From Syntrophales bacterium (GTDB lineage Bacteria; Desulfobacterota; Syntrophia; Syntrophales; PHBD01), in the NCBI GenBank assembly GCA_963668175.1, contig OY764159.1, positions 256,001 to 320,000 of the forward strand: 64,000 nucleotides of DNA. The letters run 5' to 3'. Under the pieces are notes generated by a model, which saw only the letters and a program-made list of their open reading frames with translations, was not told the origin of the DNA and made no database searches. Made by a program: the position numbers and the translations under genes. This document shows, in pieces, positions 1 through 12,164 of this stretch; positions within the stretch are counted from its first letter, which is position 1, and the number at the start of each line of letters is the position of its first letter.

Positions 1-105
1 CAGCGGTTTGCATAAACAATGAGCCCGCGCAAACGGAGAGAAACGGTTGCGGGAAAACAGCGGGCGTGCTAGTGAAACCGGCAAATCGTGTTATAGAAAG
101 GCATT

Positions 106-291
106 ATGGATTTCTTTCTTTGCGTTCTGGGAATGGTTTTGATCATCGAAGGCGTTCCATACTTCGCCTTTCCGGACAAGTTGAAGAATTATCTCAACAA
201 GATTAGGGAGATACAGGATTCCCACCTGAGGATTATGGGATTTGCCGCCATGATCGTCGGACTGATTCTGTTATATTTCGGGAAAAGATAA
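106..291 (+). CDS. DUF2065 family small membrane protein
   Basis: 61 aa with the GMVLIIEG..YFAFP and LRIMG pattern typical of DUF2065; lies just upstream of queA. Confidence 0.8.
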   Translation: MDFFLCVLGMVLIIEGVPYFAFPDKLKNYLNKIREIQDSHLRIMGFAAMIVGLILLYFGKR

Positions 292-298
292 ATATCTC

Positions 299-1333
299 AT
301 GGACATCGACGAATTCGACTATACGCTTCCGGAAAGGCTCATCGCCCAGGAGCCTTCCCCGGAGCGCGACATGTCCCGGATGATGATCGTAAAACGCGCC
401 GAAGAATCAATCTCGGCGGGTCACTTCCGGCAGCTGCCCGATTTTTTGAAAAAAGGCGATGTCCTGGTGATCAACGATTCGAAAGTGATTCCCGCCCGCC
501 TTTACGGCCGGAAAGATACGGGCAGCGTCATTGAAATCCTGCTGCTGGCGAGGCAGGATTTTTACGACGATGCCGTATGGGAGGTCCTTTTAAAACCGGC
601 GAAACGTGTTCGCATCGGCACGACGATCTTTTTCGGGTCCGGCGTCAAAGGACAGCTTATCGACCGGAAGGGGGACAAGAAATGGCTCCTTCGATTCGAT
701 ATGGATACCCCCCTTGATCAATTCCTGGAGGAACACGGCAGCATACCGCTTCCACCCTACATCAAAAGACCTAAAGCCGATATGACGACAAGCGACGACC
801 GGCAGCGATACCAGACGCTTTACGCCCGCATCCCCGGTTCGGTCGCCGCACCGACCGCCGGACTCCATTTTTCGGACGGCATGCTGCAACACATAAGGGG
901 GTATGGCATCCCGGTCGTATCGGTTACGCTTCATGTCGGCTATGGAACGTTCATGCCCGTCACCGCAAAAAAGGTGGAGGATCACATCGTGGACGAGGAA
1001 TTTTTCGAAGTGACGGAAGAAGCGGCGGATGCGATCAACAGAGCAGAAAGAGTAATAGCCGTCGGAACGACCTCCACCCGTGTCGTCGAGGCGGCGACAG
1101 GCAAAGACGGCCGCGTCAAACCCGGGTCGTGGCATACCGGTCTTTTCATCTACCCCGGATATCGATTCAAGCGCCTGGGGGCCCTGCTTACCAATTTTCA
1201 CCTTCCGCGCTCGTCCCTTTTCCTCTTGGTGTGCGCCTTTGCGGGCTCCGGGCTGATGCAGAGGGCATACCGCCGGGCCGTGGAGGAAGCGTTCCGTTTT
1301 TACAGCTACGGGGATTGCATGCTTATCCTTTAG
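299..1333 (+). CDS. queA: S-adenosylmethionine:tRNA ribosyltransferase-isomerase
   Basis: FDYTLP..LIAQEP, PLPPYI, AAPTAGLHF, TNFHLPRSSL, FYSYGD motifs. Confidence 0.98.
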   Translation: MDIDEFDYTLPERLIAQEPSPERDMSRMMIVKRAEESISAGHFRQLPDFLKKGDVLVINDSKVIPARLYGRKDTGSVIEILLLARQDFYDDAVWEVLLKPAKRVRIGTTIFFGSGVKGQLIDRKGDKKWLLRFDMDTPLDQFLEEHGSIPLPPYIKRPKADMTTSDDRQRYQTLYARIPGSVAAPTAGLHFSDGMLQHIRGYGIPVVSVTLHVGYGTFMPVTAKKVEDHIVDEEFFEVTEEAADAINRAERVIAVGTTSTRVVEAATGKDGRVKPGSWHTGLFIYPGYRFKRLGALLTNFHLPRSSLFLLVCAFAGSGLMQRAYRRAVEEAFRFYSYGDCMLIL

Positions 1334-1365
1334 TATATTATTTAACGACAGTTCTGCAAGATTGA

Positions 1366-2526
<1,161 letters not shown>

Positions 2527-2531
2527 ACCAT

Positions 2532-2870
2532 ATGATGGATGTAGCATATGCCATGGGAGGCTTCGGAGGAGGAGGCGGCGCTCCGGCCGGCGGTATGGAT
2601 TGGGGCTTCATGGTGATGATCGCCGCGTTGTTCGGTATTTTCTACTTCCTGCTGATCAGGCCCCAACAGAAGCAGCAGAAGGAACACAAAGATATGCTGG
2701 CGAACCTGGCGCATGGCGATACGGTGATGACCAACGGCGGTATTCATGGGAAAGTCGTGGCTATCACGGACAATGTCATTACACTGGAAGTGGCCGACAA
2801 GGTTCGCATCAAGGTCGGACGTAATTTTATCGGCGCCGTGCTGCAAAAGACAGAAAAAGATAAAGAATAA
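2532..2870 (+). CDS. yajC: Preprotein translocase subunit YajC
   Basis: FYFLLIRPQQK and GDTVMTNGGIHG; tgt-yajC-secD-secF synteny. Confidence 0.97.
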   Translation: MMDVAYAMGGFGGGGGAPAGGMDWGFMVMIAALFGIFYFLLIRPQQKQQKEHKDMLANLAHGDTVMTNGGIHGKVVAITDNVITLEVADKVRIKVGRNFIGAVLQKTEKDKE

Positions 2871-2889
2871 TTAAGTCAAGGGGTTGATA

Positions 2890-4488
2890 ATGATTAAGAG
2901 TATTCCCTTAAGAGCGGCCATTGCGGCAGTCATCTGTCTCGCGGCCCTGTTTTGCCTAACACCATCCCTGACTTCGGATTTGCCCCCTTTCTGGAAAAAG
3001 ATGGTGGATAAGATTCCTCTGGGTCTCGATTTGCAGGGGGGAACGCATCTCGTGCTGGAAGTCGACACGGCGAAAGCCGTCGAAGGCTTTCTGGATCAGA
3101 CGGCCAACGGCCTCAAGGAAACGCTGATGGAGAACAAGGTGCGTTTCCGCTTCATTGAGAGGGCGGCCAAGGCCAATACCGTGACCTTCGAACTTCCCGA
3201 TGCCGCCTCGCGTACCGCTTTTGAAAAGACGCTTAAAGACCGTTTCCTCGATTTGGACATCGCATCGTCGGAAATCCGTGAAGGACGCGAAGTCGTTTCG
3301 CTCAAGCTCAAAGAGAGAAGGGCCGAGGAAATCAAGAAGCAGGCCGTCGAACAAAGCGTAGAGACCATCCGCAACCGTGTCGACCAGTTTGGCATCACGG
3401 AACCGGAAATCATTCCGGAAGGCAATGATCGCATCGTCATCCAGCTTCCGGGTATCAAGGACCCGGCGCGGGCAAAAAAACTCATCGGCGAAACGGCCCT
3501 TTTGGAATTCAAGCTGGTTGACGAAGAGCATTCCGTTGAGGAAGCCCTTAGAGGCAAGATCCCCGAAGGTGATATGATTGCCTATGAATCGCGTGTGGAC
3601 CGGGATTCGGGCCGCCGTAATTCCAGCGCCATACTCTTGAAAAGCAAGACCCTCCTTGCCGGCAATTCTCTGGAAAGCGCAAAAGTTCAGATGGGCGACC
3701 GGTTAGGCGGAATTCATGTTTCCATTAAATTCAATGCCCAGGGCGCAAGGGATTTCGAGAGAATAACGGGTGAAAACGTCGGCAAGAGGCTGGCCATCGT
3801 TCTTGACGGGACAGTCCATTCGGCGCCTGTCATCAAAGACCGTATCGCGGGCGGACAAGCCGTCATTGAGGGCCAGTTTACCGTAGATGAGGCAAGGGAT
3901 CTTGCCATTGTCCTCAGGGCGGGCGCCTTACCGGCACCGGTGAACTTCCTGGAAGAAAGGACCGTCGGACCGTCCCTTGGCCAGGATTCCATCGACAAAG
4001 GCATCTGGTCCGCCATCATCGGCCTTGCCCTCGTTGCCGTCTTTATGGTGATCTATTATAAACTCTCGGGGATCGTTGCCAATATCGCCCTGATTCTGAA
4101 TATCGTGATCCTGTTGGGTGCGCTGGCGGCATTTAGGGCCACACTTACCCTCCCCGGCATCGCCGGCATCATCCTCATCATCGGTATGTCGGTGGATGCC
4201 AACGTCTTGATCTTTGAAAGAATCCGGGAAGAGCTTCGCGCCGGCAAAACGGCCCGGGCTGCCATTGAAACCGGTTATTCCAAGGCCTTTTTGACGATCC
4301 TCGATACCAACGTCAATGCCCTGATCGCCTCACTTTTCTTATTCGGATTCGGAACATCCGCGGTGAAGGGGTTCGCCGCGACGCTGAGCATAGGCATTGT
4401 CATCAGCCTTTTTACGGCCGTTTTTGTCACCAGGATCATATTTGACTATTTCGTCTGGCATCAAAAGATTACGAACGTCAGCGTCTAA
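2890..4488 (+). CDS. secD: Protein translocase subunit SecD
   Basis: LGLDLQGG, RVDQFGITEP, LRAGALPAP, VGPSLG, VDANVLIFERIREE; ATG at 2890 chosen over TTG at 2884. Confidence 0.97.
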   Translation: MIKSIPLRAAIAAVICLAALFCLTPSLTSDLPPFWKKMVDKIPLGLDLQGGTHLVLEVDTAKAVEGFLDQTANGLKETLMENKVRFRFIERAAKANTVTFELPDAASRTAFEKTLKDRFLDLDIASSEIREGREVVSLKLKERRAEEIKKQAVEQSVETIRNRVDQFGITEPEIIPEGNDRIVIQLPGIKDPARAKKLIGETALLEFKLVDEEHSVEEALRGKIPEGDMIAYESRVDRDSGRRNSSAILLKSKTLLAGNSLESAKVQMGDRLGGIHVSIKFNAQGARDFERITGENVGKRLAIVLDGTVHSAPVIKDRIAGGQAVIEGQFTVDEARDLAIVLRAGALPAPVNFLEERTVGPSLGQDSIDKGIWSAIIGLALVAVFMVIYYKLSGIVANIALILNIVILLGALAAFRATLTLPGIAGIILIIGMSVDANVLIFERIREELRAGKTARAAIETGYSKAFLTILDTNVNALIASLFLFGFGTSAVKGFAATLSIGIVISLFTAVFVTRIIFDYFVWHQKITNVSV

Positions 4489-4533
4489 GAAGCATCAGCA
4501 GCCGTATACCGGCTTTACGGACAGGAGCATGGC

Positions 4534-5442
4534 ATGGAACTTGTAAAACCAGGGATCAATATAAACTTTGTAGGCATGATGCGGTATGCGGTCATCTTCT
4601 CGACGGTCCTGACCATTATTTGCATTATATGCTTCATATTCAAAGGCTTCAATTACGGTATCGATTTCGCCGGCGGGACGCTGGTACAGATCAAATTTCA
4701 GAAGACGACGGCTGCGGACGATATACGCAAGGTTTTGACCAGCATCGGCATCAACGACAGCATCATCCAACCTTTCGGACCTAATGAGGTCATCGTCAGG
4801 ACGGCGGAATCCACATCGGATGTCAAAGGCCTGTCCTCCAAGATAGAAGAGGCCATGAACGCCGCATACGGTAAAGGCGCCCTTGAGGTTCAGCGGGTGG
4901 AAGTCGTGGGCCCGAAGGTCGGAAAAGACCTGACGAGAAAAGCCATCCTCGCGGTTGTTTTCTCCTGGATCGGTATGCTGATTTATATAGCCATCCGTTT
5001 CGAGTTCCGCTACGCCTTGGGCGGGATCATAGGTGTTATCCACGACGTCATCGTCGTCCTCGGGATCTTCGTCATTTTCAACAAGGAATTCACATTGACG
5101 ATCGTCGCCGCGGTACTGACGGTCATCGGTTATTCCATCCATGATTCGATCGTCGTCTTCGACCGGGTCCGCGAGAATGTCAGGAAAGATCCGCGCAAAG
5201 ACCTACGGACGGTCGTCAATGAAAGCATCAATCAGACGTTGAGCCGGACAATCCTGACCTCTTTCACGGTTGCCCTCGTCGTCGCTGTTCTCTTCTTCTT
5301 TGGCGGAGCCGTCATCCACGATTTTGCCTTCGCACTCCTGGTCGGTGTCATCTTCGGAACGTATTCGTCGGTAGCTATTGCCAGCCCGGTGGTCCTGGCA
5401 TGGGAAAGGTTTAAACCTTCAAAGAAGAAGAGGAAAAAATAA
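4534..5442 (+). CDS. secF: Protein translocase subunit SecF
   Basis: GIDFAGG, VGPKVG, GYSIHDSIVVFDRVRE, TLSRT. Confidence 0.97.
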   Translation: MELVKPGININFVGMMRYAVIFSTVLTIICIICFIFKGFNYGIDFAGGTLVQIKFQKTTAADDIRKVLTSIGINDSIIQPFGPNEVIVRTAESTSDVKGLSSKIEEAMNAAYGKGALEVQRVEVVGPKVGKDLTRKAILAVVFSWIGMLIYIAIRFEFRYALGGIIGVIHDVIVVLGIFVIFNKEFTLTIVAAVLTVIGYSIHDSIVVFDRVRENVRKDPRKDLRTVVNESINQTLSRTILTSFTVALVVAVLFFFGGAVIHDFAFALLVGVIFGTYSSVAIASPVVLAWERFKPSKKKRKK

Positions 5443-5443
5443 A

Positions 5444-5956
5444 TTGTCTCCCCTCGAAATAGCTGGAACGACCCTCTTCATCCTCTTGCTGTTTCTGGGC
5501 ATATTCACCACGGTCTACGGCTTACCGGGCACGATCATCATCCTTATCGATGTGATCATTTATGCCCTCCTCACCGGTTTCGACCAGATCGGCATCAAAG
5601 TCATTTTGGTGCTGATTTTTTTGTCGGTGCTGGGAGAAGCCATCGACTTCGGGCTCAGCATGGCAGGGGCGCAAAGATTCGGGGCGTCGAAGAAGGGGGC
5701 ATGGGCATCGGTTATCGGAGGCGTGATAGGCATCGCCGTCATGTCGCCTTTTTTTTACGGACTAGGTACGCTGGCCGGAGCGTTCCTGGGAGGTTTTGCG
5801 GGTGTGTTTATCGTCGAAATCCTTCGCCAAAGGAGTTTTAAACCGGCCTTGCGGGCAGGTTACGGGTCTATACTGGGCAGAGTGGCGGCAACGCTGAGCA
5901 AAGGATTCATCTGCCTGGTCATGATCATCGTCGTTTTAATCAACATCTACTCATAA
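5444..5956 (+). CDS. DUF456 family membrane protein
   Basis: Hydrophobic; GLPGT, AQRFGASKKGAW and G-rich helices. The TTG at 5444, just after the secF stop, is more plausible than the 5378 ORF start. Confidence 0.75.
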   Translation: MSPLEIAGTTLFILLLFLGIFTTVYGLPGTIIILIDVIIYALLTGFDQIGIKVILVLIFLSVLGEAIDFGLSMAGAQRFGASKKGAWASVIGGVIGIAVMSPFFYGLGTLAGAFLGGFAGVFIVEILRQRSFKPALRAGYGSILGRVAATLSKGFICLVMIIVVLINIYS

Positions 5957-6028
5957 ACAAGCGATTCGTCCGGGTGACCGGCTTGCGGCCTGACCGCCTG
6001 CGGGGAATCGCAGCATTAAGGATCATAA

Positions 6029-6643
6029 ATGACCGTCAATAAAGACAAGATCAGGGAATATGCGGAAGCGATCATTATCGCCATCTTGATCGCTTTTTTC
6101 ATAAGAACGTTCATCGTTCAGGCCTATAAAATACCGTCGGAGTCAATGAAGCCGACGCTTCTGATCGGGGATCACATCCTGGTGAACAAATTCATCTATG
6201 GTGTAAAGATACCCTTCGTTCGCTCGACCCTGATACCGATCGGCGATCCCAAAAGGGGCGATATTGTGGTCTTCATCTACCCGGTTGAACGGGACAAGGA
6301 TTTTATCAAACGAGTCATCGGCATCGGAGGCGATAAAGTGGAAATAAAGAACAAGAAGGTCTTCGTCAACGACAAGCCCGTCGACGATCCTTTTGCCGTA
6401 TTCGTGGACGAGAACATTTACCCCAGCGCCATAGAGCCGAAGCGCGACAATTTCGGGCCTGTCGTCGTTCCCCAGGGAAAATTGTTTGTCATGGGAGACA
6501 ACAGGGACAGAAGTCTTGACAGCCGTTATTGGGGGTTCGTCGATTTGAAAGACGTCATGGGCAAGGCCTTTATCATCTACTGGTCATGGAACAGCGAAGA
6601 GCATTGGGTACGCGGGGACCGGTTCGGGAAAATCCTTCATTGA
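6029..6643 (+). CDS. lepB: Signal peptidase I
   Basis: IPSESMKPTL (catalytic Ser), FIKRVIG (catalytic Lys), GDNRDRSLDSRYWG. Confidence 0.97.
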   Translation: MTVNKDKIREYAEAIIIAILIAFFIRTFIVQAYKIPSESMKPTLLIGDHILVNKFIYGVKIPFVRSTLIPIGDPKRGDIVVFIYPVERDKDFIKRVIGIGGDKVEIKNKKVFVNDKPVDDPFAVFVDENIYPSAIEPKRDNFGPVVVPQGKLFVMGDNRDRSLDSRYWGFVDLKDVMGKAFIIYWSWNSEEHWVRGDRFGKILH

Positions 6644-6659
6644 CGTCCCCCATTCCAGC

Positions 6660-6688
6660 TTGACAGTTCAAGGACATTTCATTATATT
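6660..6688 (+). promoter_or_regulatory. Sigma70-type promoter of the pyr operon
   Basis: TTGACA (6660-6665), 17-bp spacer, TATATT (6683-6688). Confidence 0.75.
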
Positions 6689-6713
6689 AGAGAAGTCCTT
6701 TAACTGCTTAAAG

Positions 6714-6747
6714 CCTTTTAATTTAATCCTGCGAGATTAAAAAAGGG
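6714..6747 (+). promoter_or_regulatory. PyrR-binding RNA stem-loop (anti-antiterminator)
   Basis: CCTTTTAA-TTT-AATCCTGCGAGATT-AAA-AAAGGG matches the CUUUAA...ARUCC-NGNGA-GRYU...AAAG PyrR element; lies directly upstream of pyrR. Confidence 0.8.
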
Positions 6748-6786
6748 TGGTTATGAAAGATCCGATTGTACATCATATGCGTCACG

Positions 6787-6820
6787 AAGCCTTCTCTTCT
6801 CCGGGGAAGGTTTTTTTTTT
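6787..6820 (+). terminator. Attenuator terminator in the pyrR leader
   Basis: AAGCCTTCTC...GGGGAAGGTT hairpin followed by a run of ten T, between the promoter and the pyrR start. Confidence 0.8.
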
Positions 6821-6870
6821 GAACGAACGGTTACGATGGGCGGCTCGCCGGTATCATCGATGAGCCATAA

Positions 6871-7443
<573 letters not shown>

Positions 7444-7521
7444 CCTGGAAAAGAGACCGGTTCTCAGTTGTAAATCCCCTGCAGGGGATGACCATTTAAA
7501 AAGGATATCAAAGGATAGCAG

Positions 7522-8454
7522 ATGTCGCTCATGAAATTGACCCAAAAAGACCTGCTCGGCATTAAGGAACTCGCCGTGGACGAGATTCAGCTCATTCTCG
7601 ATACGGCGGAGTCCTTTATCGAAGTATCGACCCGGGAGATCAAAAAAGTCCCGACCCTGCGGGGCAAGACCGTGATCAATCTCTTTTTCGAGGCAAGCAC
7701 CCGGACCAGGACGTCCTTCGAAATTGCCGGCAAGAGACTCAGTGCCGACACTATCAATATCTCGTCGTCCACGAGCAGCGTCGTTAAAGGAGAGACCCTC
7801 ATCGATACGGCCAGAAACCTGGATGCCATGAATCCGGACGTGATCGTCCTCAGGCACAGTACGCCGGGAGCTCCCCACATGCTGGCCAAGCGCGTTCGGC
7901 AGTCGATCATCAACGCCGGAGATGGGGCTCATGAACATCCGACGCAGGCCCTGCTGGACATGATGACCGTCCGTATAAAGAAAGGCGGGATAGCCGGACT
8001 CAAGGTCGCCATTATCGGAGACATCGCCCATAGCCGCGTCGCCAGATCGAACATCTACGGGTTTCAGAAGATGGGGGCGCAAGTGGTCGTTGCCGGACCG
8101 GCGACGATGATGCCGCGCGGCATCGAACAGATGGGCGTCCAAGCTTTTTTACGCATCGAAGACGCCATCAGGGATGCCGACGTCGTCATGATGCTTCGCG
8201 TCCAGATGGAGCGGCAGCAGCAGAACATATTCCCCTCGTTGAGGGAATACTCTTCCTACTTCGGTTTGAACCGCAAGAATCTCGCCCTGGCCAAGAAAGA
8301 CGTCCTCGTCATGCACCCGGGGCCGATGAACAGAGGCGTGGAGATATCTCCCGAGATAGCAGACGGCCCCAGCTCCGTTATCCTCGCCCAGGTCACCTAC
8401 GGCATTGCCGTGAGGATGGCCATTCTCTATCTGCTGACGGGAGGTCAATCATGA
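7522..8454 (+). CDS. pyrB: Aspartate carbamoyltransferase catalytic subunit
   Basis: [32 protein letters not shown]; start could be 7531. Confidence 0.98.
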   Translation: MSLMKLTQKDLLGIKELAVDEIQLILDTAESFIEVSTREIKKVPTLRGKTVINLFFEASTRTRTSFEIAGKRLSADTINISSSTSSVVKGETLIDTARNLDAMNPDVIVLRHSTPGAPHMLAKRVRQSIINAGDGAHEHPTQALLDMMTVRIKKGGIAGLKVAIIGDIAHSRVARSNIYGFQKMGAQVVVAGPATMMPRGIEQMGVQAFLRIEDAIRDADVVMMLRVQMERQQQNIFPSLREYSSYFGLNRKNLALAKKDVLVMHPGPMNRGVEISPEIADGPSSVILAQVTYGIAVRMAILYLLTGGQS

Positions 8455-9737
8455 AAAGACTCATTCTGAAAAACGGGCGGGTTGTCGACCCCGCCTCCGG
8501 AATCGACGAGGTCATGGATATTCTCATCGAAGACGGCCGCATCAGGAAAACAGGCAAGAACCTTACCGAAGGGAAACAGAAGAGCCCGGCGGAAATCGTC
8601 GATATTCAGGGTTTGACGGCTGTTCCGGGCCTTATCGATATGCATACCCACCTTCGCGAACCGGGATTCGAATATAAAGAAACCATACGCTCGGGATCGG
8701 AGGCGGCATTGGCCGGCGGCTTTTCCGCAGTGGCCTGTATGGCCAACACGATGCCCGTCAACGACAACCGGTCCGTTACCGAATTGATCCTGGGCAAGGC
8801 CGCTCAGTGCGGTTTGGTCCGCGTTTATCCGGTGGCGGCGGTCACCCTCTCTCTGAAGGGCGAAGTCCTCACTGAGTTCCAGGACCTGAAGGCCGCAGGC
8901 GCCGTCGCTTTCTCGGACGACGGAAAGCCTGTTGAAGACGCCTCCTTGATGAGGCGGGCAATGGAGTATGCGGCATCCATCAATATGCCCGTGATCTCCC
9001 ATTGTGAAGAGCCGAGCCTGTCGGCAGGCGGGATCATGAACGAAGGTTTCGCCTCCACCGAACTGGGATTGAGAGGCGTGCCGGCGATTGCGGAGGATAT
9101 CATGGTGGCCCGGGACATCCTGATCGCCGAATTCACCGGCGCCCCCGTCCACATTGCCCACGTGAGCACTGCCGGGTCGGTTCGCTTGATCCGGGAGGCC
9201 AAAAAGAGGGGGATCGCCGTAACGGCAGAAACCGCGCCTCATTACTTCACGCTGACCGAGGACGCCGTCCGGGAATTCGATACGAATACCAAGGTCAATC
9301 CCCCGCTGCGGGAAAACTCCGATATGAAGGCAGTGAAGGAAGGCCTCAGAGACGGCACCATCGATGCGATCGCCTCGGATCACGCCCCTCACGCCGTGAC
9401 GGACAAGGAAGTAGAGTACGATTACGCCGCGAGCGGCATCGTTGGGCTGGAAACATCCCTGGGTTTGAGCCTGGCATTGGTGGCCGACGGCACGATCTCT
9501 CTTGCCGACCTTATCATGAAGATGAGTGTGAATCCCGCCCGCATCCTGAACGTCCCGGGCGGTACGCTGGCGCCATCTGCCATTGCCGACATAACCGTCA
9601 TCGACATCGAGAAGGAATGGCAAGTGAATGCCGCTACTTTCCGTTCCTTAAGCAGGAATACACCCTTCGGCGGCCGGACCCTTAAGGGCAAGGCCGTCAT
9701 GACGATCGTCGGCGGGGAGATCAAATACCGGGAATGA
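8451..9737 (+). CDS. pyrC: Dihydroorotase (type I)
   Basis: [29 protein letters not shown] overlap with pyrB. Confidence 0.96.
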   Translation: MKRLILKNGRVVDPASGIDEVMDILIEDGRIRKTGKNLTEGKQKSPAEIVDIQGLTAVPGLIDMHTHLREPGFEYKETIRSGSEAALAGGFSAVACMANTMPVNDNRSVTELILGKAAQCGLVRVYPVAAVTLSLKGEVLTEFQDLKAAGAVAFSDDGKPVEDASLMRRAMEYAASINMPVISHCEEPSLSAGGIMNEGFASTELGLRGVPAIAEDIMVARDILIAEFTGAPVHIAHVSTAGSVRLIREAKKRGIAVTAETAPHYFTLTEDAVREFDTNTKVNPPLRENSDMKAVKEGLRDGTIDAIASDHAPHAVTDKEVEYDYAASGIVGLETSLGLSLALVADGTISLADLIMKMSVNPARILNVPGGTLAPSAIADITVIDIEKEWQVNAATFRSLSRNTPFGGRTLKGKAVMTIVGGEIKYRE

Positions 9738-10507
9738 ACACGAAAAGCAGTCACAAAACGCCGGCGGTCGTCCTTCGCTGCCTGGATTACGGCGAATCGG
9801 ACCGCATCGTCACTTTCTACACCCTGGAGTTCGGAAAACTAAGCGGTATCGCCAAGGGCGCCAAGAAGAGCCAGAAGCGCTTTGCCAACGCCCTCGAACC
9901 TTTCTCTTCGTCTCATATCCTCTTCTCAAAAAGGGGCCGTGATTCCCTGGCCTTCCTTGAGAACTGCGACATGATCAATCACTACGGCGCCATCAGGGAA
10001 GATCTGGAAAAAACGCTCCTCGCCTCCTACCTGGTGGACGTGACAGAACAGTTTACGGTGGAAGGGAAAAGGCAGGAGAATCTGTTTCACCTCTTGACCG
10101 ACTTTCTGGCGCTTATCGCCGAGGGGAAGCCCACGGAAGGTCTTATCCGTTTCTTTGAGATGCGGCTCCTGAAACTTGCCGGGTACGAACCCGTTCTTGA
10201 TCGTTGCCTGGCCTGTCATCATCCCGTCGACAACGGAGACAGCTACTATTTTCTGCCGAAAGACGGAGGCGTTCGCTGCCAGGCCTGCCGAGGCAGCAAC
10301 GAGCAGGCGATTCAGCTCTCCGCCGGCACCATCAGAAGCCTTCTCCTGGGCCGCGATATGGAGACAAGCCGGATCGGCAGGCTGATTCTGTCGCCCCAGT
10401 CGGCCGATGAAAGCAGAAAAATGATGACCTCGTTCATTCGTCATATTCTCGGCCGGGACCTCAGGTCACTCCAGGTCCTTCAACAGATCCGGCGCCTGGG
10501 CATCTGA
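9734..10507 (+). CDS. recO: DNA repair protein RecO
   Basis: YGESDRIVTFYT..GKL..IAKGA, CxxC...CxxC zinc finger; ATGA overlap with pyrC. Confidence 0.95.
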   Translation: MNTKSSHKTPAVVLRCLDYGESDRIVTFYTLEFGKLSGIAKGAKKSQKRFANALEPFSSSHILFSKRGRDSLAFLENCDMINHYGAIREDLEKTLLASYLVDVTEQFTVEGKRQENLFHLLTDFLALIAEGKPTEGLIRFFEMRLLKLAGYEPVLDRCLACHHPVDNGDSYYFLPKDGGVRCQACRGSNEQAIQLSAGTIRSLLLGRDMETSRIGRLILSPQSADESRKMMTSFIRHILGRDLRSLQVLQQIRRLGI

Positions 10508-10659
10508 CGGATGACCGACGAGTCGGCGCATTGCCCTCCACATCCGGATCTGTTGTTATCGTCGCATGACCCGTCTTGCGCCCAGAAAACATATCCTGCT
10601 TGAAATACGATACATTTTTGGTATAAGTACTAATATCATTTTCCCGGGGAGGGAATGTC

Positions 10660-10824
10660 ATGCCGACATACGAATATCAGTGCGAGAAGTGTGGCAAGAG
10701 GTTTTCTGTGAAGCAATCGATTGCCGAACACGGCAATGTCAAGGTGCTCTGTCCAAAATGTAAAAACCGGAATGTCCGACAGCTCATCACGGCATTTACA
10801 GCCAAAACGAGCCGAAAAAGCTAA
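10660..10824 (+). CDS. FmdB family zinc-ribbon protein (54 aa, not in the ORF track)
   Basis: Translated by hand: MPTYEYQCEKCGKRF...LCPKCKNRNVRQLITAFTAKTSRKS; GGAGGG ribosome-binding site upstream. Confidence 0.9.
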   Translation: MPTYEYQCEKCGKRFSVKQSIAEHGNVKVLCPKCKNRNVRQLITAFTAKTSRKS

Positions 10825-11038
10825 TCGATAAAAGAGAATCGGAGGAAACGGTCTCCCGGGAGAAAGCCGGACAAGCCGTATCCATCAAAAGGAAACATGA
10901 TCTTGAGGTTCCGGACCCGGGCGAACTGCAGCGGACACCGTCTCTTCGAAAGAGGTAGGATATTATTGATACCACGATGTCTTTTGTTATCGCAACGGAC
11001 GCACAGCCCTCAAAAAACCAAGACTAGGCAATAATTTC

Positions 11039-12091
11039 ATGATTGATGCTCCTAAAATCCGCAACATTCTCTTCTTCGGCCTCATGGCCCTCGTGTTGAT
11101 CATTTTTCTGTTTATCTTGCGGCCTTTTTTCTTCCCCATCTTTTGGGCCGCCGTCATCGCGAGCGTCTTTCGCCCCGTTTATATCAAAGTGCGCCAAACC
11201 ATCGGCAACCCCGATCTCAGCAGCATCCTCGTCCTGCATGTGATTCTCCTGATTCTGCTCTTGCCTGCCGGCATCATCGGAGGTCTCGCCATTTCGGAAT
11301 CGCTCGACCTTTACGGCAATATGGACAGCAACAACCGTTACATGCAGGCTGTCTTACAGGATATCTTTAATCAGTTCACCCACCATCCGATCGTACAAAA
11401 ACTTCATATCGATGAAAAGATCTGGATAGAGAAGCTTACGGAGACCACCAAAGCCCTGGCCGACTACCTTCTGGGAAGCATACGCAGCTTAACGGAAAAT
11501 ACCCTGATATTTATCGTCAAGTTCGGGGTTATGCTCTATGCCTTGTATTTCTTTATCCGGGACGGAGACAGGTTCCTGAATATGATCATCCGCTACTTCC
11601 CCCTGGGCGGCGGACGGGAAGAGATTCTTTTAGAGAAATTCAAGACCACGGCCCTTGCCACCCTCAAAGTCACTCTGATTATCGGAGGAATCCAGGGAAC
11701 GCTGGGAGGAATCGTTTTTTTCATCACCGGCATCAAGGGCAGCATGATGTGGGGGATTGTCATGGTCTTGACGTCCATCATCCCAACAGTCGGCTGTTCC
11801 ATCATATGGGCGCCGGCGGGAATCATCATGCTCTTAACCGGTCATCTCTGGCAGGGAATCGTCATTCTGCTGTTCGGCGCGCTGATTATCAGCACCGTCG
11901 ATCAATTCTTGCGGCCGTTTCTTTTAGGCAAGGACGTCCAGATGCATCCCCTGATGATATTCCTGTCCACGCTGGGAGGCATCATGCTGTTCGGTATTTC
12001 CGGGTTCGTGATCGGGCCGATTGTCTGTTCCCTTTTCCTGGCCATCCTGGAGATGTACGAGCAGTACTACAAGGACGAAATCAGCCGTTGA
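11039..12091 (+). CDS. AI-2E (PerM/YdiK) family transporter
   Basis: Multi-pass membrane protein; YFFIRDG, IIPTVG..IIWAP, DQFLRP, GFVIGP. Confidence 0.9.
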   Translation: MIDAPKIRNILFFGLMALVLIIFLFILRPFFFPIFWAAVIASVFRPVYIKVRQTIGNPDLSSILVLHVILLILLLPAGIIGGLAISESLDLYGNMDSNNRYMQAVLQDIFNQFTHHPIVQKLHIDEKIWIEKLTETTKALADYLLGSIRSLTENTLIFIVKFGVMLYALYFFIRDGDRFLNMIIRYFPLGGGREEILLEKFKTTALATLKVTLIIGGIQGTLGGIVFFITGIKGSMMWGIVMVLTSIIPTVGCSIIWAPAGIIMLLTGHLWQGIVILLFGALIISTVDQFLRPFLLGKDVQMHPLMIFLSTLGGIMLFGISGFVIGPIVCSLFLAILEMYEQYYKDEISR

Positions 12092-12164
12092 TGTCTTGAA
12101 ACGCAAGTACAGAACCGTCCGGCCGCGTTCATACAAGCCAAGGAGACGGCGTTGCAGGCATGCC

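Noticed and set aside
5378..5443. Upstream extensions in the ORF track (also 13499, 24038, 32007, 40023, 40480, 46872, 51044, 56361)
   Set aside because: They overlap neighbours or lack ribosome-binding sites; downstream starts match family N-termini better
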